The notes beneath the pieces are model-generated. The model was not told the DNA's origin and did no database searches. It saw only the letters and a program-made list of their open reading frames with translations. Of a stretch of 64,000 bases of DNA, positions 36,303 through 48,134 are shown in pieces (the first letter of the stretch is position 1; every line of letters starts with the position of its first letter). The DNA comes from Marsupella aquatica (Eukaryota; Plantae; Marchantiophyta): positions 18,547,880-18,611,879 of the forward strand of contig OZ316895.1 of the NCBI GenBank assembly GCA_973895155.1, given 5' to 3'. The position numbers and the translations under genes are program-made.

Positions 36303-39300
36303 CTAGGCATCACATAGCTCCCCACTTAATTGTGAAGCGTCCTTGCGAACAACTTCATCTTCGTCCATATAGTATTTCTTGAGGCGGTCGTAGTGAATGT
36401 GAACTGGGTACACATCTCTTGTTATGTTGGCCAATTGCACGGAGCCATTGGAGAACTTCATGGTTACCCTGAAGGGTCCTAACCAGCGAGTGTAAAGTTT
36501 GCCTAGAAACCTACTATATCTACTGTCATAAAGTAATACAAGATCTCCTGTGTGAATACTAATTGGTTTCAACTTTTTATCATACTGTTGCTTCATGGTA
36601 TTCTGTCTATATTCTACTCTCTCAGCTGAAATCATTCTTGCCTCTTCTAAGGCTTCTAATCTATATTCTCGCTCCTTTAGGCTTTCCTCCTCTGAGACTC
36701 TCTCCTCCATTGTAACTTGAAATGTAGGAATCTCAAGTTGCATGGGTACCAGAGCTTCCTGCCCAAAGGTTAAGAAAAAAGGTGTATGACCGATAGTGGA
36801 TTTATAGGCTAAATTGTAAGCAAAAACAACATCAAACAATTTATCATCCCAATTGAGTTTGTTCTGGGCTACGGTCTTATTTAATATCTTTCCTATAATT
36901 CCATTGGCTCGTTTTGTCAACCCATTTGCCTTTGGGTGGTAAGGAGTAGTAGGCCTATGTCTAACTAAATATTGCTCATTTAACTGACTAATTATATTAT
37001 TCAAAAAATGGGTTCCTCTATCACTAACTAATTCTAGGGGTGCGCCATACCTGGTGAAGATATGCTCATACATGAATCAAGCCGTAGTAATTGCATCATC
37101 CTTCGTTGTCGGCCTGGCCTCCACCCATTTAGTTGCATAATCCGTGGCCAGGATTATGTACTTGTTCCTCCGAGGATGGGTTAATGGTTTCAGGGGTCCA
37201 ATGTAATCAATATATACCCCACTTCTCAAATGGTGCCAGAGGTAGAATAGGGTGCAGTGGATGTCTTGTGGACGCCCTTGGTCCTCCCGCTCGTTGACAA
37301 GGATCGCATTGTTTGATAAACTGATAGACATCCTTGTGCAAGGTGGGCCACCAGTAACCAAAATTTAATATCTTTTTAGACGTGGTTATTGGAGCAAAAT
37401 GTCCTCCGGCTTCCTCTCCATGCATAGCCCGTAAGACTTGTTTTACCTCTCCCTTCTCCAAACACCTTTGAATCGTGCCGTTGATTCCATACCTGTGTAG
37501 CACGCCCTTAATGCACTGATACTGTCTGACCTTCCGCAGAAGACTGCGGCTTGTTCTCGACTTAGCCTTGGCTGTAATCTGGATGTGCTGAGAAATTGTA
37601 AAATTTCAGGGTACCATGTATCAGTTATTTCCACCACGAATAGCTCCTCGTCGGGGAATCGATCATCGATGCAATCCGTGGCAGGTTCACCTGTGATCCT
37701 TGAAAAGAAGTCGGCATTGGCATGTAGCTTTCCCGACTTGATTTTTAGCTCGTAGTCAAATTCCTATAATAGCAAAATCCATCTTGCTACCCTGCTTGTA
37801 AGGTCTGGTTTATTTACTAGGTACTTCAAACTTTCATGATCAGTATGAAAGATTACCTTGTACCCTAGCAAATAATGCCTAAACTTTTTACATGAATAAA
37901 TGATTCCTAATGCTTCTCTTTCTGTGGTGGAGTAGTTTCGTTCGGCATCGGCAAGCTGGTGGCTTGCAAAGTATATAGGATGGTCCCTTCCTTTCTCATC
38001 TAACTGACTTAGTACTAAGCCGATACAGAAACCTTAGACATCTACAAAGACGTGGAAATCCTTGTTCCAGTCTGGTGCTATCATGATTGGGGCCTCTACT
38101 AACATTTGCTTTAATTCCACCACAGCTGTTACTCGTTCTGGTGTGGGTTCAAAGTCTACACCTGCCTTGAGCATATTGGTTAATGGTAAAGCTAGCTTGG
38201 CAAAATCCTTGATGAACCGGCGATAATACCCAATGCACCCCAAGAAGGATCTCACATCCTTTATGTTCTTAGGTTGCATAATATCTAGCCATACTGCTAG
38301 CTTACCCTTGTCAATCTCAATGCCCTTCTTAGATACCTTGTGACCTAGCAGCACACCTTTTGTTACTCCAAAGAAACATTTATCTGGGTGTAACTTGAGA
38401 CCTACCGCTCTGCATCTCATGAAGGTCTTCCTTAGGTATTTAGCATGTTTCGATGCCTTCCCAAATACTGCAAAGTCGTCAATGAAGATTTCCATGAACT
38501 TTCTTAAGTAGTCATGGAAAATGTTCACCATTAATCGTTGGAACATAGCTGGTGCATTACAGAGTCCAAATGACATACGATTGAAGACATAGATCCCCCA
38601 TTCCGTGATGAAGGCCGTCTTGATTTGGTCCTCCTGCCTAATCTTGATTTGGTTATAACCAGAGTACCCATCCATGAATGAGTATAGTTCATGACTGGCT
38701 ACCATGTCTAGCACCATATCAGTAAAGGGTAAAGGAAAATGGTCCTTCAACGTAGCCTCATTTAACTTCCTGTAATCCTGACAAACTCGGATCTTGGGTT
38801 TACCATCGGGTCCAGCTTTCTTGGGAACTATCACAATTGGAGACACCCAGTCTGAGTGTAGGACTGGAGTGATGAATCCGGCTTCCAATAGCTTGTTGAT
38901 TTCAGTTTTAACCATCAGGGAATACTTAGGGTTCATCCTTCGAATTGGTTGTCAAAATAATTTAGCCCCTAACATGAGATCAATTTGGTGTTCTCCTAAT
39001 TTTGGGTCTACTCCCTTCAGGTCTTGGTGACTCCATGCAAACACATCCTGAAATTCAATCAGTAATTCACTGATTTCTTTCTCAAGCTCAGGTGCTAGGT
39101 CCCGTCCCAAGTTCAATTCCCTTCCTTCTCCTAAGTCGAGCTTCCGGTATTGCCGTGCTTGGATCATATTAATTTGCTTCTTCAAATTTGGGTCCAGCTC
39201 GGTTTCTAGCCTCTCTAGTCTCATACCTCCATAAACTAGAATCTCAGCTGCACTAGCCGAGTCGGTTGACTTGATTTCTCCCTTGTTATCCACAGACTGT

Positions 39301-40495
39301 TCCCTTGCCGGTCTATTCGATTTTGAATTGGTGGTCAGCTTTCCTTCCTGACTCGATTCTGGGTTGTTTCTGTGCATCTCCTCCATCCCTGCTTCCTGGG
39401 TTTCAGGCCATTGTGCTCTTCCGGCTTCTAGTAGGGCCTCAATTTGTTCTGCCCTCGTGATCGGCTTGTAAGCCGATCCCTCAAATTTTAATTTGTTGCC
39501 GATGATAGACGGCGTTGTGGATCCTGTCGGCTCTGCCACAACGCCTGAGGAAAATCCATTGTCCCTGCTACAACTCTCCTCTTAGCCGTTTCATCCAACT
39601 GGTCCACCTCTCGTGCTTCCTCCGGAATTGAAGCTAAAAAGGTGGACTCTATGGCAAAGCAATCCTCGGTTTCTTCTTCACATTCTTCCAAGTCACTCTT
39701 CATAGGTTCTTGCCATAGTCCGCTGGGGGACACTTCTGGTCCGAAGACACTTTCTTTGGTTAGATAAGTGAGGCATTCTAGCCAACGTACCTCATCGACT
39801 GACTCCAGTCCATTGTCGTACCCGTCTACCTCTCTCATGCTTCTCCTATGGTCATCCTTGGTGTCCCAGGATACCGTGATAGAGGGGGTCCCAAAAATGA
39901 ACTCCTTCTTACCCCAATCATCTATTACCTTGGCTAGGTACAGCCATGGCCTGCCAATTAATAGTCGGAATGACATAGGATTTACCGGCTTCATCACTAC
40001 ATAGTTAATGCTAAAGAAAATACCTCCTATCTCTATCTTGATGCCGGTTAACACTCCCGTGGGAATGGCCTGATACCCATTGGCCATGTTCAACACTCTT
40101 CCAGTCATCTTCGGTGTTAGACCCCACCCTTTTGCTATTGAATCAATCATAATACATACCCCTGATCCTCCATCGATGGGAACTCGTAGTGATATTTCTC
40201 CTTGAATCATTAATGGTAATGCTGGGGCTCCTTGATCTTCTTCTATCATCAGCACGTCGGATCTGGTTGCTACCTTGGGTAATCTTGGCTTGCCGAGAAT
40301 GGCCTTCCTTAACTGTTTCCGAAAGTACGGGCTATTTTTCAACAATTGACCTACTATTGCCGAGACTCTAGATTCTAGTACATCTTTAGCCAGGTCATAG
40401 GGGACTATCGGCTTTTCTTCTGGTGGTGTCTCTATCTTGGTTTTGGCTTGTTTCACGTTGGTTTCCACTGGCGTTAGATTTTCAGAAGCAAACAA
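36303..40495 (-). pseudogene. Family B pol (PR-RT-RH-INT), degraded
   Basis: PIDGGSG protease, HFPLPFTD..FIDDF RT, FHVFVDV RH, VSDRGTHF integrase; stops and frameshifts. Confidence 0.93.
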
Positions 40496-42302
40496 TGCTT
40501 TTGCTCATTTCACGTCCTTGGCTATGGCTTCGATATTCTCCATGGTTTCTAATTCTTGGAGTTGTTCCTTAACACTAGCCGTAATAGAGGGGTAGAACAA
40601 CTTAGGGTGATCTCGATTGAAATCGCTGTCCTGTGAAGGATTGGGGTCACTAGTGAGCTCATGGCTTACCTGTGTTGCCGGCGCCTTTCCTTCCCTTCCG
40701 TTGATGTTGACAAAGAGTCGATCTTTTCTTCTTTAACCTTCCCTTTATTTTTGGCCAGCCGATCCCACCTTTCCTTCCTTCTAGTGGATCGAGTAGAGAC
40801 TCGGTAGCAATCATGATCCAAATCCTCTTCTGAGAATGTTGATAGGGCCTCGGCCTCATCATCAGATGGTCCAAACTCTGCCTCGGCATCCATTTGCCAT
40901 TCAAGTTTGATGTGGTTGATTTGAACTCCTCCTGGGGTAGTACCTGGAGGCAAGACTTTGACCGGCAAGAGCTTATGATTTGCGGCCAGTCTTGCCAACC
41001 AAGTAGGACATTGTCCTAGTATGTGACCCTCCTGTCTACATCCCATACATAGCTGAGCTGGTTGTCCATCACCTTGTTTGCGTGCATTTGGGCTTTCTTT
41101 AGCAAAATGGCCAGGTTGACCACAATTATAGCATGCCGCAAATCTTTGCACATTCGGTCTAGGAGGTACTGACGGATTCTGAATAATCCGAGGATACATT
41201 TCTCGTGGATTGTTCCTTAATCCTGACCAGAGAGATGCAGGTCGGTTGGATAGGTCTCGTGCTCCAGTCTCATTGATGCCAAAAACACTATCAGCGGCAT
41301 CCCCTAGGAAGTACTTTACTTCTCCCTAACATGGTCTAACTTCAGCTACATGCCGAACATGACTAGTATTGAGTTTAGGACATGCATCCTTATGGTGTCC
41401 GGTTTTATAACATAAGGCACACCATACAGAGCTATCCTCCAGTACTACTTTCTTCTTTGGCTTTACCTCTTCTATTATAGCCTTCAGCTACTCGGTAAGA
41501 GCTATGATATTATCTGTCATTTTAGCCTCTAGCTTGACTTTCAACTTCCCCCTCCTTCTACCCTTCTTTTCGTAGATTTTTCTTCTTCAGGACTAGAAGA
41601 TGACTCACTCTTGCTACTTCCACTATCCGAGCTTGAGTTATCACTTCTTGACTTCTTAGAATGTTTCTTTTTCTTATCTTTTTTCTTATGGGATGATCCT
41701 TCCTCCGACGAGGAACTCTCAGATTTGAGCTGTTTCTTCCGGCTTGTGATATCTGAATTAATGTACAATTGAATATCTCTAATTGCCATGGCTAAAGTCT
41801 CTGGGTTCTCTTTCCTAATTGCAAAACTCATCTTCTATGGCAAAGCATTCACCAACCATTGAAGTTGCATACCTTCAGATGCATTGGTCTTTGTACGTCG
41901 TACCAGCTTTTGAAAGCGTTACAAGAACTTCCTAAAGGATTTGTTGTGACGCCGCCGGTACGGCGGTTAATGAGTGATTCAGTCTAACTGCGCTCGGCAC
42001 GCGCATTAGGTGGGTCTTAGGCCGCTATTATTAGCATAACGACAGTATTTAGGTAATCATTAGGGGTAGGACATCATTAGGCAATAAGGGGGACTTCAGG
42101 TTCGGGCTGGCGGCGGGTCGCTATTCGCACACCCGGGTTACGAGCGTGGAGGGGCCCCTCCCTCGGGTCCATATAACGAACTTAAGGAAGCGGCCACTGA
42201 CGCACGCTGACTCAGACCGGCGGAGTGGCCGGTACACCACAAGCGTGAGCGGTTCAACCTATGGGCGTCGAGGAGACGTCGGGGATCGACAAGCCCTCAA
42301 AG

Positions 42303-42330
42303 TATAAAAGGGGAGCCAACCCTTTGTAGT
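42303..42330 (+). promoter_or_regulatory. Upstream TATA module (P1) ahead of the LTR gene
   Basis: TATAAAAGGGG-agccaa-CCCTTT, 108 bp before ATG 42411; present in all A copies. Confidence 0.6.
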
Positions 42331-42410
42331 GCACCAGTCCATCAGTCCGCGCGCCAGCTTCGACCCCAGCTCTCTCGTTCTCTCTAGGTCGCCACTACTA
42401 TCTCCTCTGA

Positions 42411-45032
42411 ATGTCGCACACGATCCTCTCCAGCTCGGCCATTCGATTCTGGACGCAGTTCCTATCTACCGGAAGGCACTTGGCCGATTCATTGAAACAC
42501 GCCAACCCGCGCCGATACGAGATCGAACGCGAATACGAGAGAGCCATCCGCCTAGCAGGACGACACCACTACGTCCTTAACTTTGACTACCCATCTCAGA
42601 GCGAGCTTTACCGACCAGCTGAGGTATCTGGGTACTTCTTCAACGGAGACAAATATATCAGGTTCTGGGAAGCATTGCTTCGGCTTCCGGACGAGGTCTT
42701 CAATATCCCGGGTACAATCGACCTGCAGCGACATCACTTCGACCACATCCCTGCCCAGGTTCGGGCTGTCATTAATAGCGAGTCCAGTACCAACCGTTCG
42801 ACAAGGGCGTCCGCACTCGCTTCGGAGAACTTCTACCAGCACCTACAGAGCTTCATGGGAACTCGGCCATCAACCAACATGACCAACTCAGCCGGACCCG
42901 TACCCGTACCCGTACCCGTGCCCATGCAACCTCAGCTTCAGCTTCAGCCTTAGCCGCGGCCTAGCCAAACCCCACCACCTATCACCCAGCCAGCACAGGT
43001 ATGCTCCGTCATCAACGCTGTGGATCTTAGCGATGACGACGAGGCTACCCCACCCTTGACCAGGCGGCCCAGAGGAACAAGCGCTCGGGGGGCCGACACT
43101 ATATCGTCCCCACCCCCTGCTCTGACCCCAGGAGCGGCCGTGGCCGCCCCGGGCCCGTTACCAACCGCAGTGGCACTCCCCAGGCCTGATCGGGAGGATG
43201 GGGAAGTATCACCTTCCCCGAGTCAGTCACGGGGAAAGAAGAGGAAGGAATCCGCCAGTGCATCCGGGTTACCGTTGGCCACGGTAGCCGTAGCCAAGGT
43301 AACGATGCATCGCATGGGGGAAAACGTTCACAGCAACATCCTCCATCCCAAGCATGCGGTGTACCTGAAGACTCAGGGATTTGAGCACCTCACCTCTCTC
43401 CCCTGGAACACTTGCAGGTACTACGGGGAGGACATGACAGAATTCGTCAAGAATTATGATGACGTACGTCAACAGACTCGGCTGCGGGGAAGGAATATGT
43501 CCCTCACAGAAGAACGGCTCAAGATGATCTTCGGGTTACCCGAAGGTGACCATCGAGTCGAATCACGGGCTCCCGGGGGCAAGGGGGCCAAGTACCAATC
43601 TTCAAGTTTTCCCTCAGAGGGATCAGTGGACAACGGGTTCGTGATGAGGACCTGCCTCATGCCCGAGATAGCTGAGCGGCTGGAGTTCCAGAGGTACGCT
43701 CTCCACATGATGGAACCCCGGGGGGAGATCTCCGCCGCCCAGGTCATCCAGGTCGAGAACTATCGACCTAGGAAATGGGCGTCGTACTTCGCTAAGAAAT
43801 TCCATGAAGAGATGGAGCGGCGAAGGGAGACGCTGTACATTGGCGGGAAAGCGTATTTCGCTAGCCACATCGAAATCATTCTTGAGTGGTACGCCCGGTT
43901 TGATCGACGAACCCTTCCCCGCATCAACATTACAAAGCTGGTCCCAGCTAGGTGGGTTTTTCCGGCATTGGAGAGACGGCCCCAACCCGAGGCCCGAAGT
44001 CCAGTGGACACGCCAGCTTCACCCACCCCACCTCCACAAATAGCTGTAATTGTAACCGAGGAGGCGCCGGAGGGGTCGGTCGTCGCAACCGTTGATGCGA
44101 CCCAACTAGCCGGGCTAAGTACAGAAGTTGGTACGGCATAGGTCTTACCCGAACCCGGGTCTCCCAAGGACCCGCCGGTGGCAATTCCGGAGAACCGGAC
44201 ATCGCTGCAGGAGGACACTCCAGCCCCTTCCAACGTTATGTCCCCAGGGCTGGACGTCACTACCCCGGCCCCTGCGCGTGTTGATGTCTGCCCGTGCCCA
44301 AATCCGGACAGGCACAACTTGGACCACCCGGAACTCTTCGTACAGGGTACGTTTCTGAACGGGCTTCTGGGAGATTTCTCTCATCAAATTGCCCGGGATA
44401 CCGGGGAGTTCATGGCCAGGAAGGTAGCCTGTTTCTTCAATCAGGAGTTGGTTGCCGCCGTAAAGGCAGGTCGGGCCCAGTCGGAGGCCCTTCAGAGGAT
44501 AGAGCGGTACCGGGTGGAGTCCGTGTACCTAAAGAACGAAGTGGCGGCTCAAGAGGCTGAGCGTCTGCAACTACGACCCAAGGTTGCAGCCGCCGATGAG
44601 TTGTTAGCAAAGGCGTACGCTCTTACCGCCCTAGCCGAACAGGCCAAAGCTGGGAACGAGGCCGAGATTACACGACTCCGGAACCAGATTGACAGTTTGA
44701 AGAAACAAGCTGTCACCTGGCAGAAAGACCTGGAGGAGGCCGAGGAGCGAGCCCAGCGGGACGCGAAGGAGATAGTCACGCTGCAGGCCGAGATGGCGCG
44801 GCTCCAAACCGAGGCCGAGAAGCAGGACCAGCTGGCGAGTAAACTGACGAGCGACGCCCAGCAGCTGGAGGAGGCATGTCAGGAGGCAGCAGAGGAGACG
44901 GACGCGGCGAGGCGAGAGAACGAATCTCTACTGGACCAGGTCCAGCTCCTCAAAGCGGACAATGACAGGCTTCGAAGGCAGCGGGATGGCCGTTCCCATT
45001 CGGGCGGCTCTGGCAAGCGTGCCAGGCATTAG
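42411..45032 (+). pseudogene. Family A LTR gene (873 codons), two in-frame stops
   Basis: Single frame with TAG at 42951 and 44139. Confidence 0.9.
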
Positions 45033-45247
45033 CGGCGGAGTAGGAATAGATTAGGATTAGGATTGGCTTAGTCAGGCTCTTGGGACAGGCACCTGCCTTA
45101 GGTACAGCAGCGCTGCCCTGCTGTCCAGCCTGCGTAGATTAGGATCTTCTAATAAGACACAGCCGTTTTCCGGCCTGACTGTCAGCTTAGTTAGGACCTT
45201 GGTCAGCGGATCTTCGGCGGGAGGACGCCCCGTTCCTCGGCTCTTAG

Positions 45248-45293
45248 TATTTAGTGCACCCCTCGGTAGAGGCAAGGGGGGGGTTTTTAGTTT
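45248..45293 (+). promoter_or_regulatory. Downstream TATA-like module (P2), candidate genomic-RNA promoter
   Basis: TATTTA-gtgca-CCCCTCGGTAGAG..GGGGGG-ttttagtt; resembles the sequence after the family C TATATA. Confidence 0.5.
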
Positions 45294-45944
45294 CAGAGTC
45301 GGACATCCGCGGGACATGCGGGGAGTCCCGACCTCTGGGAATGACAGAGTACCAAGGGGAGGGGGTAGGACTAAGCTCGCCGGGCGAGTGCGGAGCCGGG
45401 CTCCGTTGTAGTGTGCACCCTTGGCCTTGAACCTGTGCATTCCAGGGCTGTCGTGTCAACTAAGTGTACGCATATGTTCCCTTTGTAGTAAAATCCTTTC
45501 CCATCATTTTTCCTTCGTGTAAATCGAGATTGTATGCATGTGTGCGCATATGTGTGTGGGTTTCTCGTATATGGGTGGCAGCACCGGGCCGAACGCACTA
45601 CCCGAGACGTGCACAGGGTGCAGCTTGCGGGTAAGTGGTTGCGAGCACGGGTTGAGGACCTGTATCATCGAATCCGGATCGAAGGCGGACAGCACGAAGG
45701 CTTAGAAGCCCTTAAGCCCGGGTCAATCCTGCTATCGACTAAGGTACGTTCCGGCGGCGGAACACAAACCATACCTAGGAGGTGTCCGTATTTAGCAGTA
45801 TGCGCACTTAGCGCTAGTTTACGAGAATAAGGTGCATTACGTGCTTCCCTTCCTGCCCAAACCCTCAGATTTACGAGGGATGTGCCCGTCTAAGCTGAAG
45901 TCTGAGTTAAGGCCGAAGCCTACGACGTGACATAGCCTTTGTTT

Positions 45945-45964
45945 TGGCGCTAGATGGAGGGGGC
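45945..45964 (+). promoter_or_regulatory. Primer-binding site
   Basis: TGGCGCTAGATGGAGGGGGC, 12 nt after the LTR; identical in family B. Confidence 0.8.
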
Positions 45965-46055
45965 ACTCTACATATCATAGAGGGGAGACATGTGCGTATT
46001 CACCTAGGCAGGATACATCAGGACGTAGTACTAACCATTGCATTTATATGAGTAA

Positions 46056-48134
46056 ATGCCCGTCACTCGTTCTCAAGCAGCTTACTTGAGGAGATTGACC
46101 AGCGAACGAGAAAGTGCAACCACAACAAGCTCCGACTCGTCGGGCTCGGAGGACTCGCAATCGTCCCGACATATGAACATACCCCCAGGATCTTCGGGGT
46201 CCGGTTCGACCGGCCCTGCTGCGGTTCCACCACCACCACCACCACCACCACCACCTATGGCAGCCGCTCCACCGGTGGCCCGCGCTGCTCAGGCGCCTCC
46301 ACAAATATCGCAACGATCGCGATTTCATTATCGACCTTTCAAAGGGCGTCATGGGGATGATCCGGATGAATGGTTGGATGAGTTTGAAGCCACTGCTAAA
46401 GCTAATGGGGAAGACGCCATTAAGCTAACCGTCCTCCCGGGAGTAATGCGGGGAGAAGCTCGTCCATGGTACAACTCGTTACCACCCGGGACTACCTGGG
46501 CACAATTCCAAGCTGCATTGCTGCAGGAGTTTCGTGCCATTGGATCAGAACAGCGTTCTCTATTAAAGATTGGCCAGCTTCGCATGGGAAAAAAAGAGTC
46601 CCTGCGGAAGTTCATTCAGAAGTTTCAAAAACTTGCGGCCAAGATCCGGCCCAGGCCAGGAGACGCGCTCCAGCTTACATGGTTCCTTCATGGTTTGCCC
46701 ACGAATATGCAATTCTGGGTACGCCAGAATAATCCAATTTCAATGCAGGCGGCCATAGCGTGCGCCGAAACTTACCGGGAGTCCACCTATAACTCCCGGC
46801 GGAGCCAGCGAGCACGCCGCAGGAAGGGTAAGTATGAAACCTTCAGTGACAGTGACTCCGAATCGGACGACGAGAGGAAGAAGAAACGGAAGAAGAAGAA
46901 GAAACATCGTTCGACCTCGTCCAGCTCCGAGACGGAATCCAGTTCGGATTCAGCTTCAAGCATCGGATCCTCTACCTCCAGTTCATCAGGAAGTGACTTG
47001 GAGAGCGAAAGCCGGAGCAAAAAGAAGAAGAGACGAGTGAAGAAGGAGGGGAAGATTAAACCCCGGGCGCGAAGAACGATACCAGATCCAAAGGCTGCCA
47101 AAGCAGACAAGCTGAACGAAATCACGGATCGACTCAAAGCACTGTCAATACATCTTGCGGAGAAGCCGGTGGAGAAGAAGAAGCCATCTGAGATTCGAGC
47201 CCATGCGTAGTGTTCAAAGTGCTTCCAATCCGGCCATGTGGTGCAGGAATGCCCAAGGTGGAAGAACCGAGTTCACCAAGTAGAGCTGGATGATGTTGAC
47301 AACCCGGGCCCCGAATCAGAGTCCACGGAGTATTTCTTTGAGGACCCTCCTGATTCTGTGTACCAGATTTCAACGGTTGGTCCGCGTAATTTAGCTGGTA
47401 GAACTGCGTACCCCTACCCAAGTAATGGCCGGAGTTTCCAGGTTATCAGTAACCCGAGCATCCCTCCTAAGCCAGGGATTTGGCGGTCCCCGGTTTGTTA
47501 CAACTGTGAAAAGCCAGGACACTTTGCGAGGGAATGCACCGAACCAAGACGTCAGGGAGATGGCCGAGGCACCCCACTATGTCAAGTTTGCAAAACGGAG
47601 GCTCATTCCACGGCCAACTGTCCGTTGGTAATCGTTGCTCGAACAAGTGCGGCTAGACCGGCCTAGGCTGGACCAGTCACGAGCGATGCAGTCGTCCAAA
47701 TGATTGCTGTAGAATGGCAAGATGACAACACCGAGTGGGTGAATCTGGTGGACGTGGCGGAACACCCTAATCCATTGGATGAGGCCGAGTGCTACCGAGT
47801 GTCGACAAGGGCCGAACGGAAGGAAGAAAAGACGGAGGAGAAACGGAGGAAAAAGCAAGATACTACTCCGGTGCAGCCAGCGATAAATATACCCCCGGAA
47901 AAGGACGATGACTACCGACGGGACGACCCGAAGCTGTTTTTCCCCCGCATCGAAGAATTGGTAAAGAAACAGCTGGAGGCTTACGAAGCTCGGGAATACC
48001 AGAAGGCAATCGATAAGGACATCAAAGCAGCCGAGACAGCCCGACGTTAGGAGCAAGAAAAGCAAGATAAACAAGAGGAAGCCAAGCAGTAGCCAACGAA
48101 AGAAACAAAGGAGGACTATGATATTAAGGAGGAC
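46056..48134 (+). pseudogene. gag: Family A gag region (same frame as pol; four TAG stops)
   Basis: DPDEWLDEFE..GEARPWY capsid-like block; three CX2CX4HX4C knuckles; all fragments share the pol frame. Confidence 0.9.

Larger units (their letters stand above)
27605..36314 (-). repeat. Family B 3' LTR (~4.72 kb excluding the nested A solo LTR)
   Basis: B termini; preceded on the minus strand by PPT aagtggggag (36318-36327). Confidence 0.9.
41945..45932 (+). repeat. Family A 5' LTR (3988 bp)
   Basis: TG..CA ends, followed by PBS; near-identical to 52023-56026. Confidence 0.95.

Noticed and set aside
43623-44779. Recurrent antisense ORFs in A and B LTRs
   Set aside because: Shadows of the GC-rich sense ORF, repeated only because the LTR is repeated.
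45040-45075. TAGGAT/TTAGG repeats after the LTR-gene stop, and TTAGGG x2 near the B start
   Set aside because: Only two or three units; too short to support a telomeric role.
46029-46052. TACTAAC branch-point before gag implying a spliced gag mRNA
   Set aside because: No good polypyrimidine-YAG acceptor before the ATG and no equivalent in family B.
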